A stretch of DNA of 63,024 bases, filler included, from Welwitschia mirabilis (lineage: Eukaryota): NCBI GenBank assembly GCA_051453625.1. It is 6 parts of one record of this genome, joined end to end, with 100 filler letters (N's around TTAATTAATTAA, not from the genome) between each part and the next. Parts side by side here need not be neighbours in the genome. Positions count along the whole stretch, not along the records: positions 14,241 to 42,424 come from JBOZIK010000001.1; positions 42,525 to 46,641 come from JBOZIK010000001.1; positions 46,742 to 50,261 come from JBOZIK010000001.1; positions 50,362 to 63,024 come from JBOZIK010000001.1; 2 more parts are not named here. The stretch is one strand, 5' to 3'. A program made the position numbers and the translations under genes. Below the pieces are notes generated by a model. It had not been told where the DNA came from, did no database searches, and was given only the letters and a program-made list of their open reading frames with translations. Shown here one piece after another: positions 39,209 through 52,777 of this stretch. Every line of letters starts with the position of its first letter. Within the stretch, counting starts at the first letter, position 1.

Positions 39209-40548
39209 TGTTGCAATGTGTATTTGGGCTTTTAATTTCAGTATTCTAAAGATCTAATTTAACTTACAACATCTGAAAAGCTAATAATCTAATTGCACAT
39301 AATACACATTTTGTATAGTGGTATCAACCCAAATGTCTTACATTTAGAGAAGACTTCTAAAAGAGAATATAAAAAATTACTTTCATAAAGAGAAATATAT
39401 TTTGGGATTTTACTTTAAAGTAAATAAAATTAAATAATGTAAAGATGTAGATGAAATGTAATGCAATGGAATGAAATAAATTGTAATGTAATGAATGTAA
39501 TTCTAATGCAATGAATTAATTAAACTTTCAATCTATTATTACTAATATTGGTTCTTATAACCTATTTCAATTAAAATTCATGTTACCTAAATTGTAGTTA
39601 AGACAACTTATAAGGAAGAATAATAAAAAATTTGAAAAGATTTCAATTTAATCAATACTTTTATTAATGAAATTGAATTGCGTTCACTTACAACAACAAC
39701 CTCTCAATGGAAAATTCACTGCCTAGCATTAAAGTGGTCGTTCTCAAAAGTAGGATGGATCTCCTTACCTTCAATAATTCTAATCATCATAATAANNNNN
39801 NNNNNCCTATTTCAATTACAAATTCATGTCACTTAAATTGCAATTAAGATAAGATATAAGGAAAAATAATAAAACATTTAAAAATACTTCAATTCAATCA
39901 ATACTTTTATTAATGAAATTTAAGTAAATCCACTTATGATAATAACTTCTTAATAAAATATTTATCAGCTAATACTAGGGTACTTCTTACAAGTAGGATG
40001 GATCTCCTTACCTTAAAAAATCTTTAATCATCACAAGAATGTAGATGATAAAATATGATTTTGAATAGGATCTGAAAGCGTCTATTTATAAGCTGGGATA
40101 GGTTGCTAAAGGATATGAAATAAAAAGGTATAAGTTAGATCCATCCTTTCATAAAAATTTAATTAAGTTTACAAATTATTTTGACTATCATACATTATTT
40201 CATCCCCATGATAAATAGAATGACATCCCATCTACCAACTAATTCTTAGCACATGTCGAAAATGCTGACTATCATCTCGATTGTCATCCCCATGACACAG
40301 AGGATGACCATACTTTCTGATTGTCATCTCCTCTGATGTCCTCATAATAGGAAGAATAACCAATATATCTTCATCACATTACTCTGGTTTATCATTATCC
40401 AAAAATAACTTCTTATGTTTAAATTATTGCATCTTTTAGCCTATAGTAAAGCTTTATATAATGTGCATAAATTCCTTGAAAACTTGTCGATAAGACTTGA
40501 GAATATACTTCACAAGTGTATTAAATAGGTTAAGTTAGCATTACAACA
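39209..40548 (-). repeat. 5' LTR of an Athila-like element, with a ~230-bp internal duplication around a small gap
   Basis: TGTTGTAATG...TTGCAACA termini; 39560-39795 resembles 39806-40032. Confidence 0.85.
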
Positions 40549-41249
40549 TTATGTCGAGAACTCAAGAGTTCTAAACAATCACCTTTAAACTCTTTTGACT
40601 GGCTTCATAATAGATTTGACGACCCTCATCCTCATTGAACCTAGTGTTGTGAAGAATGACCATCACTTAAATATGCCTTTACATTCCTTCAACACTTCAC
40701 TTAAACTCGTTTTTAATCACCTTTTCTCATTATCGATGATCCCCTTCACAATCTAGTTCCCTGTTATCTTGATCACGTTAGCATCCATGATATCAGTTTC
40801 AACTTATCAAATTTTTCAGATTTATACCTTATCAACATGTAATTTAAATTTTGGAAAATTACAAAACATTCCAGTTGCATTTATTTTATTTCTAGTGAAA
40901 TTTCACATTTACTCCTCATGGATGCAAATTAAATACAATATTAAGTATGAGTTTTTACCTATTTAAATGGGGAACAGGTTAGTAATTTCTACTTTCACCT
41001 CTACATTTTACCTTATTGTGCTTAAGTAATTTCTTATCTTCAAGCTCTCAAGCAATGATAAAATTTCTTTGAGAAAAAATCTTAGGTATTATTAATACTT
41101 TAATTTAAGCATTTAAAAGCATGCCGAACTTCACATAGGGGAAGAGTTAAATGAATTCAATATATGTAATAATTTTACATCAGAATTTATAATGATTTAT
41201 ACTTCTAGAAAGAAAGGTATTACTTAGCAAGATATTTTACAAAGGTTGT

Positions 41250-42424
41250 TGATTGCAAAACTTCTTCTTCTATGCATGTTTTTCCATACCTAGCTCTAAC
41301 ACTGGTAAAAATTTAATAGAATGTGGGTTTTTTTTCATTAAATTTTATGCAAGTTCTTTTAGATTCCTGCTTAACAGAGTTCAAATAGAGGATTATCGAG
41401 TTAGAGTGGTATGAATGGCTTACTCTAAATGACAGATTTTCCTTGGAATCCATATATGAATTTTACAAGAATTTAAGAATGAATGACACAAAAAATGTAT
41501 CAAAAACAACCATGGAAAATAAAAAAATAGTAATTACTTAAGAAGAAATAATAAAAATGTTGCATTTGTCACCCAGTGAAAAATCCATTGATAATACTTG
41601 TAGAAAGAAAGACATAAATCTAAGCATGAGTTTACTAGAAAGGATAGTAGTATAGAAGAATCCCAGGGCATAAAGATATAAAAATAAAATTTTTAATCAT
41701 TTCAAGAATCATGGACAATAATTTAGTGTAAGCAAAAATATATCACATTACTTAACCTATTTATGATAGTAGCAGTGAAGGACAATACAAAGTATATCAA
41801 TGTAAAATTAAATAAATTAGAATCAAAGCTTTGGATATAGTAGAACTAGGATTTCAATTTTTAATTGCCTAAAAATTGAGTAAAATTAAATTCCCATTCC
41901 AACCAAATAAGTCTTATGTCAAAGTAACTATCCAGAGTCTATTTGGAGTTAAGAAATTAAGTCTCCTAAGAACTCTAGGACACAGGACTATTTAGTTAGG
42001 CCTAAAGGATTTCTATTTTACCCCTTAGAGTATACCTTCATTGCTTCCCTTCTCAAGTGTACCACAAGACCCAATCCAATTCACATTTAAAGAACTCCTA
42101 CCTTCCCATTTGCTTCAGTATAGCCAATTCTCCAAAGCATTAAAGAAAGACAAGTTGGATATTCTTTGTAGTACTTTGAACTTAGTTAAAAATGAAATTC
42201 AAACCAGAAAGAAAGAAGTTTCAGCATTGTAGAACTAAGTTGGTGATTTAAAAATTAAAAATAAATTCTTAAGACAAAGGTTGAATTAAGGGAAAAAAAC
42301 TATGAAAAGCTACATTGTGAGATCACCAGCAAGGAAGAAAACATTTAGCTTTTTGAATCTTTCAAAGATGTAGATAAGAAATTAAAAAAAGCTTACAAAT
42401 GCATTTTGAGCTAGAGACAACTAC
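41250..42424 (+). pseudogene. env-like accessory ORF remnant of an LTR retrotransposon
   Basis: LEWYEWL...IYEFYKNL...KIVIT*EEIIKMLHL resembles the W...EFY motif of Athila/SIRE accessory ORFs; coiled-coil-like C-terminus. Confidence 0.6.
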
Positions 42425-43374
42425 NNNNNNNNNNNNNNNNNNNNNNNNNNNNNNNNNNNNNNNNNNNNTTAATTAATTAANNNNNNNNNNNNNNNNNNNN
42501 NNNNNNNNNNNNNNNNNNNNNNNNCCACCAAATGTGGGGATCTTTTTGGCAAAACATTCTAAGAAAGACTAAGTAAGAAGGTTAAGAAAGGGAGTTCCAG
42601 CTATCTTGTAAAGGGTGTAGTAGCATTTTCCACACTTCAAAGTATTACCTGTAAAGGAGAACATAAGCCTTAGCACACCTTTATGTAATAATTAATATTT
42701 CAATATAAAGCTGAAAAGCATATTTGAGTATCATTGTGTGCATGTTCTTATTACTTGAAAAAGTAATATTATTTCTACTTGCTCCTATTCCTGTAGCTAA
42801 ACATAAATTAAGATAATTACAAGTACTTAGAAATAAGTATTATTTAATAATGCATTTAATTTCTATCATGCTTCATTACTTTTTCCATTCCTCCCCTAGC
42901 ATAATATATATACATAACTACTTAGCAATAAGAAACCAATTTGATTAATTTAAGTAACTTCATTATGAGATTATCATGATGATGCATTTTGAACTAAATG
43001 GTTGAATATTAATTACTTCTTTAGTACACCTTTGATTATTTTTATTTAATAGTAAAAGCTTATTTTAGGTTAATAGTAGCATAGTTTCTAATTTTTTTAA
43101 TACTATTTTATATTATTTAATATTATTATGTGATATTTTCTACACTTATTTCATCACATGAGCATGTATTAAATACCCAAGTATAAATGCTAGTTATAGA
43201 AGCTTTATAAAGCAAATACATAAGTTAAGTTAAAGATGATCAAGTGATATCATAACATTTACCAAAGGACTTGGCTAAGAGAGAATTCAGATAATGATAG
43301 AGAGGAAGTCCTACTCATTGAGGGAAACCTCTAAGACAAGTGCTTCTATCATGTTTAAGATTACATCAAAAGGC

Positions 43375-46300
43375 TTTTTGTATATTTTTAACCTTTGTCA
43401 TTAACGTTTTGAATCTCTGTAGTGTCTAAGTTAGAAATTTTAATGAAGCATTAGAATGTACTTTCTCTATATAATAAGAACCTAGCCATTTAGAGGTCAA
43501 CTCGTTATGTAAAATATGCACTCTAGTGTTGTATAAAAGAATAAGTTGACTAGGTTCAAACTTTTTATGATGTAACTTTTTATCATGTTTGAACTTAGCT
43601 TGGGTTTTGTGAAAGAGTTGATAATGTATAACACATGTATGGTTTTCATCTAAGTGATTAAGTTAAGCTAATCTATTCTTAATATTTTTATAAAGGTCTA
43701 AAAAATTTAAGTTAACAAGAAGAACAATAAGAGTTATAATAAACATTAATTGGTAAAATACAAACCTTTCCATACACAAGTTCATAAGGTAAAAAACCAA
43801 GAGAATTATGCCAAGTAGTATAGTAATCCTAAAGAACATTGTCAATATTATAAAATTAAGATTTATTATTAATAAAGATAAGTTTTTGAAGCCTTTTCTT
43901 TATTTCTCTATTTGCATTTTCAGCTTAACCATTGGTTCATGGATAATAAGCATAAATCACTATATATTTAATTCCAATGGATAAAAGAAGTCTTTTAAAA
44001 ACATGATTTATAAAATAAGTTTCTTGATCACTAATGGTAATTATAGAAAAACCAAAAAATTAAAAATATGAGTTTTAATAAAATTACAAATAGTTTGAGC
44101 ATCATTCATAAAAGTAGGAATAGCTTCAGTCCATTTAGTAATATAATCAATAACCATTAAAATGTAATTATTATTATTAGAAGATAGTTTAATTAGATCT
44201 ATAAAATTAATTCCCTAACAATCAAAAGGTTTGCATTAAAGAATAGGTTTAAGAGACATATCATGAAAATGAATAAGACTACCATAACATTGACAAGCAT
44301 CACACCCTCTAGCAAAATCAAAGGAGTCTTGAAAAAGACTAAGCCAATAAAAATCAGAGTGAAGAATTTTAGTTACTATTTTTATCCACTAAAATGAATT
44401 CCATGAATACCACCATAGTAAAGATAAAGGATGTCTAATTTTTTCCATTTAGCCATACATTTTCTCATGATTTGATCTTTGCACTTATGGTAAAGATGTG
44501 GTCTGGTCCATTCATAATCACATATTCTATGGAGAGAATATTTTCTTTGATTATAACTACAATGTTATGGTTTTTTCATAGTAACAAGATAATTAAGTAT
44601 CATAGCATACTAAGGAGGAGGATAAGTGGAAGATATGGTAAAACGTTGTTCATCTGAAAAAGAATCATTAATCATAAGATCATCAAGAGAAGAAGAAAGA
44701 CATGATAAATGAACTACTACACTATTATGTTTTCCTTTTTTATCAATGATGATAAGATGAAATTATTACATAAGGAGGATTCATCTTGTAAATCTAGTAA
44801 TAGAATCTTTATTGATTATGAGGTATTTAATAGATGCATGATTAGTATAAACATTTATATAAAAGCCTAAAAGATAGTGTATAAAATTATTAAGGCAAAA
44901 GATTATAGCTAACATTTCTTTCTTAGTAGTANNNNNNNNNNNNNNNNNNNNNNNNNNNNNNNNNNNNNNNNNNNNNNNNNNNNNNNNNNNNNNNNNNNNN
45001 TCAAAATATTTACTCCAATCAGGTCCCATTACTATAGGTGTGAAAGACATTTTATCTTTAAGTGTTTTAACAGCAAGCTGACAAGATTCATTTCCTTCAA
45101 ATTTATCTTCTTTTTCAAGTAATAAATGAAGGAGTTTACAAATTTTATCATAATCCTAAATAAAATTACCATAAAAACCACAATAACTAAAGAAAGATTG
45201 AACTTATTTTACATTTATTAGAGGATTTAGGTTTTTAATGATCCTTACTTTTCAAGATCCACCTAATTTCCTTATTAGAAATGTGATGACCTAAAACAAT
45301 TCTATTATCAAATAGAAAGACACTCTTCTCCCAACTCAAATGTAGACCACTCTCAATACAACTATTAAGGACTTTCTCAACCTTTCTAAATTTTGTTCAA
45401 ATTTTTAACTAAAGATTGAGAAGCCATCCATAAATATTTCAATTAAATCCTCTAACGTATCAGAAAAAATACCCACTATTGCATGTTAAAAATTTCTAGG
45501 GGTATTATAAAGTCCAAAAGACATGCATCTAAAGGAAATTATTCTAAAAGATAAAGTAAAAGTTGTTTTTGATTGATTCTCACTAGCTATACAAACCTAA
45601 TTATAACTACTATACCCATCAATAAAGCAATAAAAGACATATCCTTAAATTCGATTAAGTGTTTGATTAAGAAAAGATAAAAAGCAATGGTCTTTCTTTA
45701 TTACTTCATTAAGCTTTCTAAATTTAATACACATTCTTGACTTCCTATCTTTGTTAGGTACTACTGCTAAAGAGCTAATTCATTCACTATCAGATATGAC
45801 ATAAATAATTTTAGTATCCATTAATTTAATGATTTCATCTTTTATAACTTGTTTAAGGGCTAGATTTAGTCTTCTTTAGGGTTTCCTAATAGGTCTTACA
45901 TTATCCTCAAAGTAAATTTAATGTCAAATAATGGGAGTAGAAATTACTATTAAATATTTGTGAGTCCAAGCAAATGAATTAATCTTATAACTCAAAAGTG
46001 AGACTGAAGTTAATTCTTATTGAGTTGAAAGATTCTCATTTATTATCAATGGTTTATTTTGATCATTACATAGAAAGATATATTTTAGATTACTGGGTAA
46101 AGGTTTCAGATTTTAAAGTCAAATTTTTAGTGTTTATCTTTTTTTTATTAGAGTTAAATGTTGTCTTTGATAATCATCGAGATGATAGAAGTGGATGAAT
46201 TTTCTCAAAATATGGAATATTAGCTGTTTTTAGATGTTGTACTTCTTTGTAAATTATAGTTTCAATTTCTTCATTCTCCTGATCAGAAGACTCTATTCCT

Positions 46301-46641
46301 GAGTGTTTATAGTTGAGTACATTATGATCAAAATATTTTAGACTTTTTACTTTAAATGGATCATCATACAAGGTAGGCTCATGAAGCATTAAGCACCTCC
46401 CTTTAAGTTGATGATGCCGTAAAAATACTATTGAATTAATTTCTTTTTCTACATTCCATTCATTACCTAGGTCGTTTTCAGTGGCATCGAAAACTATAAT
46501 GGTAAACATTTTATTTCTTAAGTAACACTATATCATTCTAGTTCTTATATTAATAATATAATGAACTATTGCATAAAATGCTCTACCTAGAGGTAGTGGA
46601 TAACCTCCATTATGATCAACTTTAATCAAAACCACATCTAT
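43375..46641 (-). pseudogene. pol: Athila-like gypsy pol remnant (protease end, RT, RNase H, integrase)
   Basis: LGRAF, FIDGYSSYN, EIFMDG, GPDWSKYF, TTKKEMLA, FYWLSLF..CDACQC, KWTEA. Confidence 0.9.
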
Positions 46642-46741
46642 NNNNNNNNNNNNNNNNNNNNNNNNNNNNNNNNNNNNNNNNNNNNTTAATTAATTAANNN
46701 NNNNNNNNNNNNNNNNNNNNNNNNNNNNNNNNNNNNNNNNN

Positions 46742-47280
46742 AACATTATAATATAATTCATAATAAATCTAGATTAGTAGCTCAAAGAAATAGTCAACAA
46801 AAAGACATCAATTATGGTGAAACTGCTCTGATGATCAAGTTAAAGGCAATTAAAATGCTATTAGCCTTTGGAAGTTTTTATAATGAAGAAGTTTATGTTT
46901 CTTAACCACTTGGGTTCATATATTCAAGGTTTCCTATTCATGTTTTTAAGTTAAATAAGCGTTACATGGTCTAAAACAAAATCCAATAGCTTGATTTAAT
47001 AGGCTCAACTCATTTCTGATCTCAAACAACTTTGCAAAAGGAAATATTGATCCCACTTTNNNNNNNNNNNNNNNNNNNNNNNNNNNNNNNNNNNNNNNNN
47101 NNNNNNNNNNNNNNNNNNNNNNNNNNNNNNNNNNNNNNNNNNNNNNNNNNNNNNNNNNNNNNNNNNNNNNNNNNNNNNNNNNNNNNNNNNNNNNNNNNNN
47201 NNNNNNNNTCTTTCTAGCACTTCAGATTAAGCAAATTTCAAATAGAATCTTCATTTATCAAGTGAAGCACATTCAAGAGT
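46742..47280 (+). pseudogene. pol: Copia reverse transcriptase fragments with internal deletion
   Basis: KSRLVAQ, IKMLLAFG, EEVYV, GLKQ, FAKGNIDPT, LQIKQ. Confidence 0.85.
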
Positions 47281-47399
47281 GGTGAGTTATTATTTGTTAA
47301 TTTGATATCAAACTAATCTTTTCTATTTAGTAAAACATGTTGTATCTTGTGTAAAAAATATTAATCATTGTAGGTCAAAAGTAAAACCAATTTGTCACA

Positions 47400-49012
47400 A
47401 TTTGAACCTGAAATTAATAGTTTTTATACCCTCCTGAAGAACCAACTAGATTTCTAAGGGGTCGACAACACCTAAAGCTTACACTAAAATAAACTAATTC
47501 CTGAGGGGTCAACCGGATTCCTAAGGGATTGACTGGACCTGTGCATCCAATACTTTATAGCCAGTCATCAAGGAATTGACCGGATTCCTGAAGGGTTGAC
47601 TGGACCTAGAGTGGCATTCATTCTTTATCAGTAAGGGGTCTACTAGGCGTTTATGAGGTCGACCAGACCTAGAATGGAAAATATTGTTGTAACTTTTCCT
47701 GACCAAGGGGACGACTAGATGAACATGCAGGAGACCGGATAAGCTATTGACTAGATCCTAAGGGGTCAACCGAACATGGAGCTATAAGAAACAGTGGTTG
47801 ACCAAAAGAACATGAGGGCGATCAACTTCAGCAATGACACCAGATGGAGTCGACCAAACTTTTAAGGGGTCGACTAATTGAGATGGAAACGAGATTTTTT
47901 CTAGTCATTAGGAGTCTGTTTTATGTCCATTGGAAGTTCTTTTATTGTAANNNNNNNNNNNNNNNNNNNNNNNNNNNNNNNNNNNNNNNNNNNNNNNNNN
48001 NNNNNNNNNNNNNNNNNNNNNNNNNNNNNNNNNNNNNNNNNNNNNNNNNNNNNNNNNNNNNNNNNNNNNNNNNNNNNNNNNNNNNNNNNNNNNNNNNNNN
48101 NNNNNNNNNNNNNNNNNNNNNNNNNNNNNNNNNNNNNNNNNNNNNNNNNNNNNNNNNNNNNNNNNNNNNNNNNNNNNNNNNNNNNNNNNNNNNNNNNNNN
48201 NNNNNNNNNNNNNNNNNNNNNNNNNNNNNNNNNNNNNNNNNNNNNNNNNNNNNNNNNNNNNNNNNNNNNNNNNNNNNNNNNNNNNNNNNNNNNNNNNNNN
48301 NNNNNNNNNNNNNNNNNNNNNNNNNNNNNNNNNNNNNNNNNNNNNNNNNNNNNNNNNNNNNNNNNNNNNNNNNNNNNNNNNNNNNNNNNNNNNNNNNNNN
48401 NNNNNNNNAAGTTTTTTTATTGTAAAAACCCTAACAGTCTTCCACTATATATTTGTCAAGAGTCAAAATCATTGTACAACATTTTAAATCTTTTTGAAAT
48501 CAATCATTGTACTCATTGGCATATCCTACCTAACTAAATACGTACTAAGAATTGTTGTTATCTTTGAATACTTCATTAAGTTAGTTGCACTGTATGCATT
48601 TAGATTGTACCATCTCCTCAAGCCTTGTAGCACTACTATTCTTAAGCCAAAGATCAGATGAAACCTATGCATTTCGGCACACCATTATCACTACTTTACT
48701 TTCTTACAAAAGATTGAGACTAAGCCTTAGAAAAGTATATTTGTAAAGGTTATAAGTAAACCTAAAATACCTAGAAAGAGATTAACAGAGATCGGGATCA
48801 GGCTTGAATAGAAGTTAATCATTGAGAGTGGAGTAAGGGGTTTCCTGAACCAATATAAAACTTATGTGCCTCCTCTCTGTTATTTTTGTGCTTTCTATTC
48901 TTTAGTTTTTTAGAATAGTTTTGGTTTTATTTGCATAAGTTTTGAGTGTTCATTTCAAGCAACTTAATTTTTGTGAAGTTATTTAATTAAGTTTTTAAAT
49001 CCTATTCACCCC
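47400..49012 (+). repeat. SIRE-like copia LTR (left boundary approximate, right end in a gap)
   Basis: GGGGTCGACCGG-type repeats 47440-47880, CTATATAT, ends TTTTAAATCCTATTCACCCC; similar to 34033-35168. Confidence 0.75.
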
Positions 49013-49139
49013 NNNNNNNNNNNNNNNNNNNNNNNNNNNNNNNNNNNNNNNNNNNNNNNNNNNNNNNNNNNNNNNNNNNNNNNNNNNNNNNNNNNNNNNN
49101 NNNNNNNACAAGTCTAAACTTTAAAACCCAAAAATGTGT

Positions 49140-50261
49140 AACCCTTTAGATGGTTTTTCCACTAGTCGTCCACCCATGTTTGATGGGTTAAACTATGCAT
49201 ATTGAAAAGCCCATATGAGAATCTTTCTTAAATCCCTAGATGCAAACATTGAAGAGGTCATTTACAATAGATATACTGTATATACTCTGAATAAAACTGA
49301 TGCTCATGGTAATACCATTGTGGTTCCAAAAAGACTAAGTGGGTGAAAGATAATGATTTGAAAAGTCTTTTGATTCAAACAACTTTCAAGGTTTCAAATG
49401 AAACTAGCTGATATTTGGACAATGGCTGCTCTNNNNNNNNNNNNNNNNNNNNNNNNNNNNNNNNNNNNNNNNNNNNNNNNNNNNNNNNNNNNNNNNNNNN
49501 NNNNNNNNNNNNNNNNNNNNNNNNNNNNNNNNCATGGTAATACCATTGTGGTTCCAAAAGGACTAAGTGGGTGAAAGATAATGATTTGAAAAGTCTTTTG
49601 ATTCAAACAACTTTCAAGGTTTCAAATGGAACTAACTGATATTTGGACAATGGCTGCTCTCGACATATGGTGAGAGACAAGCCTAGATTCAAATAGCTAA
49701 ATGACTTTGATGGAAGAGAAGTTACTTTTAGTGATAATGGAAGAGATAAAATTGAAGGAATCGGAAGCTTAGGTGGAGGTAACTTACCCAAAATAAATGA
49801 AGCTTTGTATGTGAATGGTTTGAAACATAATTTACTTAGTATTAATCAAATTTGTGACAAAGGTCATAAGGTTGTTTTTGATATTACTAAATATGAAGTT
49901 AGACATGACAAAACAAATGATATTATTCTCAAAGAAAATAGAATAGATAATGTCTATAACATTGATCAATTATTTTCTGCATGTTATTTTTCTCATATTA
50001 ATCAAGAAGAGCTTTAGCATAATCGTTTAGGTCAAGTGAATTACGATCATTTGAAAACAATTATTAGATATGAAATTGTCAAAGGAATTCCAAAAAGAAA
50101 TGTTAAAAAAATGATCTTTGTGATGCGTGCAAAAAAGGAAAACAAATAAGAATATTACACAAAAGTAAAAACCAAGTTTCTACAATCATGCCTTTAAAAC
50201 TTCTTAATATGAATTTGGCAGGACTAGCTCAAACTCAAATTTTGGGAAGTAAATGCTATTT
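49140..50261 (+). pseudogene. gag-pol: Copia gag N-terminus fused to protease and integrase start
   Basis: RPPMFDGLNYAY*KAHMRIFL, YLDNGCSRHM, LKHNLLSINQICDKG, CDACKKGKQ. Confidence 0.88.
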
Positions 50262-50399
50262 NNNNNNNNNNNNNNNNNNNNNNNNNNNNNNNNNNNNNNN
50301 NNNNNTTAATTAATTAANNNNNNNNNNNNNNNNNNNNNNNNNNNNNNNNNNNNNNNNNNNNAACAACTCATTTTTATTTTCTTCTTATTAAGTCTTTCA

Positions 50400-51990
50400 A
50401 TAGCTTTGACTACCTTGGATTTTCTTCCAAAAGTTTCTAGAAGGGTAAGTATATGCTCATATTTTTTATTAAGGTTGTAATATGTTCATTGAAAGCTAAA
50501 TTAGTATTAAGCATATCAAGCCAAGGGATAGCTGGTTGCTTTTCTAATTATTATGAAGAATTTTTCTTTTTAATTTTACCAAGAAAAGAAGAATTGTAAT
50601 CTTCTAATATTTTGATGTTCTCTTCTTCCTCATTATTTCTAGTATAATTTTGGAAGATTGATGCTTTACAAGGATGAGGGTTTATTGATTGACCACTTTA
50701 TGTTATGACCTTATAATCTTTTCTTATTTTGTTGGGGTTTAGTAGAGGTTATGTATCCAATGATTCTTATGGTCTTTGATTTACCAACATTATTTGTTGA
50801 AGGAAATTTACTAAGTTTTTAATGTTGGCATTTATCTTTTCTAATGTGAATTTTGTCTTTTCAACGCTAGAGTTTGTTCTTTCTTGGAATTTTCTAAGTT
50901 CATCTATGGATCATTTGAATTTTCGAATCGATGTTTGAAAGATTGAAAATTATTTTGAAAATTTTTGAACTTATTGTTAAAACTTTGTGTATTTAATCTA
51001 GGTTATGCCTAATTTTTATTTCTAAAGTTTGAAAAATTTTAATTAAAAGAACAAACTTCTTCATGTATTTTCTCTTTATAAGTTGGTAAAAGTGGACAAT
51101 CTTTAATAATGTAATAATTATCCTTGAAAAAGTTACATGTTGGCATAACATTTTTCTTAGTTACTGATCTGGCATCTAAAATCATTTTAGTATACTTCTC
51201 TAGAGTTATTATAAAATATCTAATTAGATTTGTAAGGTTGTCTTCTATCTCCTTTTCTTATTTAACCTCTTTTCAATCTTTGATGAATTATCCCACAGTG
51301 TAGTTTTCTTTCGATGTTCGTTAAGTTTGGCTGACCTTCACAAGTTCTTCTAATGTTTTCCGGGCATTGTCTAATGTAAGATTCATAAGGTTTCCATCAC
51401 AATAGAAGCCTATAAGTTTTTTTATTTAGTGGTTTAACCCACTATAAAAGTAGTTAACTAGTTCTTCTTATGTAAAAGCATCTACTAGATTAGAGTAAGT
51501 GGTGATGAAGAAGCATTCGTATGTGGAAGAATAATTCTTATTCAGTTGTTGTTAAAAATTTGTTACTTTCGTTTTCATTTTTTTAACAGTTGCTTCACTC
51601 ATAAACCTTTTAATGAAGTCCTTCTAGACTTGATTCCAAGACTTTAAACTTTTGTGGGGTATAGTTTTTAGCCAACCTTTTACTCTTCCCTTTAATGTTA
51701 TGTAAAACATGATCATGTATGTTTGNNNNNNNNNNNNNNNNNNNNNNNNNNNNNNNNNNNNNNNNNNNNNNNNNNNNNNNNNNNNNNNNNNNNNNNNNNN
51801 NNNNNNNNNNNNNNNNNNNNNNNNNNNNNNNNNNNNNNNNNNNNNNNNCTCAACATCATCTCCTAGTGATAAATCGAAACGAGTTTGAATTTCTCATTTC
51901 CTATTTGCTAGTAATTCCCTAAGGGTAATGTTTGCATTAGGATCAAGGGTTAAAATCCTACAACTTATTTTTGATTTTGTGTAGTGCTCG
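50400..51990 (-). pseudogene. gag: Athila-like gag remnant
   Basis: ITLKGRVKGWLKTIPHKSLKSW..FIKRF, YFYSGLN, CDGNLMN; homologous to 13570-14130. Confidence 0.8.
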
Positions 51991-52757
51991 ACATTGTAAA
52001 ATTATCTTCTTCTTCTAAATTATCCTCTAAAAAATTTTCTTAAATGGGATTGGATTCAAAAAAAATAAAATTAGAAGGAATATTGTACACACTTGGAGAT
52101 TATTTTTCCAATTCGATTTCAAAGTTGACTAGTTCTTCTTTAATGTTCTCCTCTATCAGTAGCCTTTCTTTTTAATATTTCTTTTCTAAATTGATTATGT
52201 CACAACATCCTTCAAACAAACACTAACAAAAAATAAAATAAAAAATAACTAATAGTCATCCTAACTATAATGGGGATAATAGAGGGAATGACAAGTTCAA
52301 TAAATAGGAATTTAACAAAGTAGAAAGCCAAAAGCAGAAAATACACAGACTATCATCCTTCTTATTATGTGGATAACATAGGAGATGATGAAAATAAAAT
52401 ATTATTATGCTAATAGGGAAATGTAATCTAAAAACCAAAAGTTGAAAATAGAGTCACCGTCTACCTTATCATGAGGATGATGAACAAGACGATACTTATT
52501 TAACTAGTAAAACTAAAAATGAAAAAAAATCATAGATAGAAATTAAAACTGAGAAAACTAGTTCTATCATTTTCAATGTCATGTGAATAGCAGATAGGAT
52601 AACAACTGATATTATAAACTACAAAAAAAATCAAAAACTGCAAATAAAAAACATATAATTCCTAATCAAAAATACAATGTCACTATAGATAAATAATCAA
52701 ATGGAAATCTAATTTACTCATTTGAACGATAACAATTCTTGTACTCCTCAGTAGTCT

Positions 52758-52775
52758 TTTCCAATAATGGTGCAA
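52758..52775 (-). promoter_or_regulatory. Decayed tRNA-Asp-type PBS
   Basis: TTGCACCATTATTGGAAA next to the LTR end. Confidence 0.5.
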
Positions 52776-52777
52776 GA

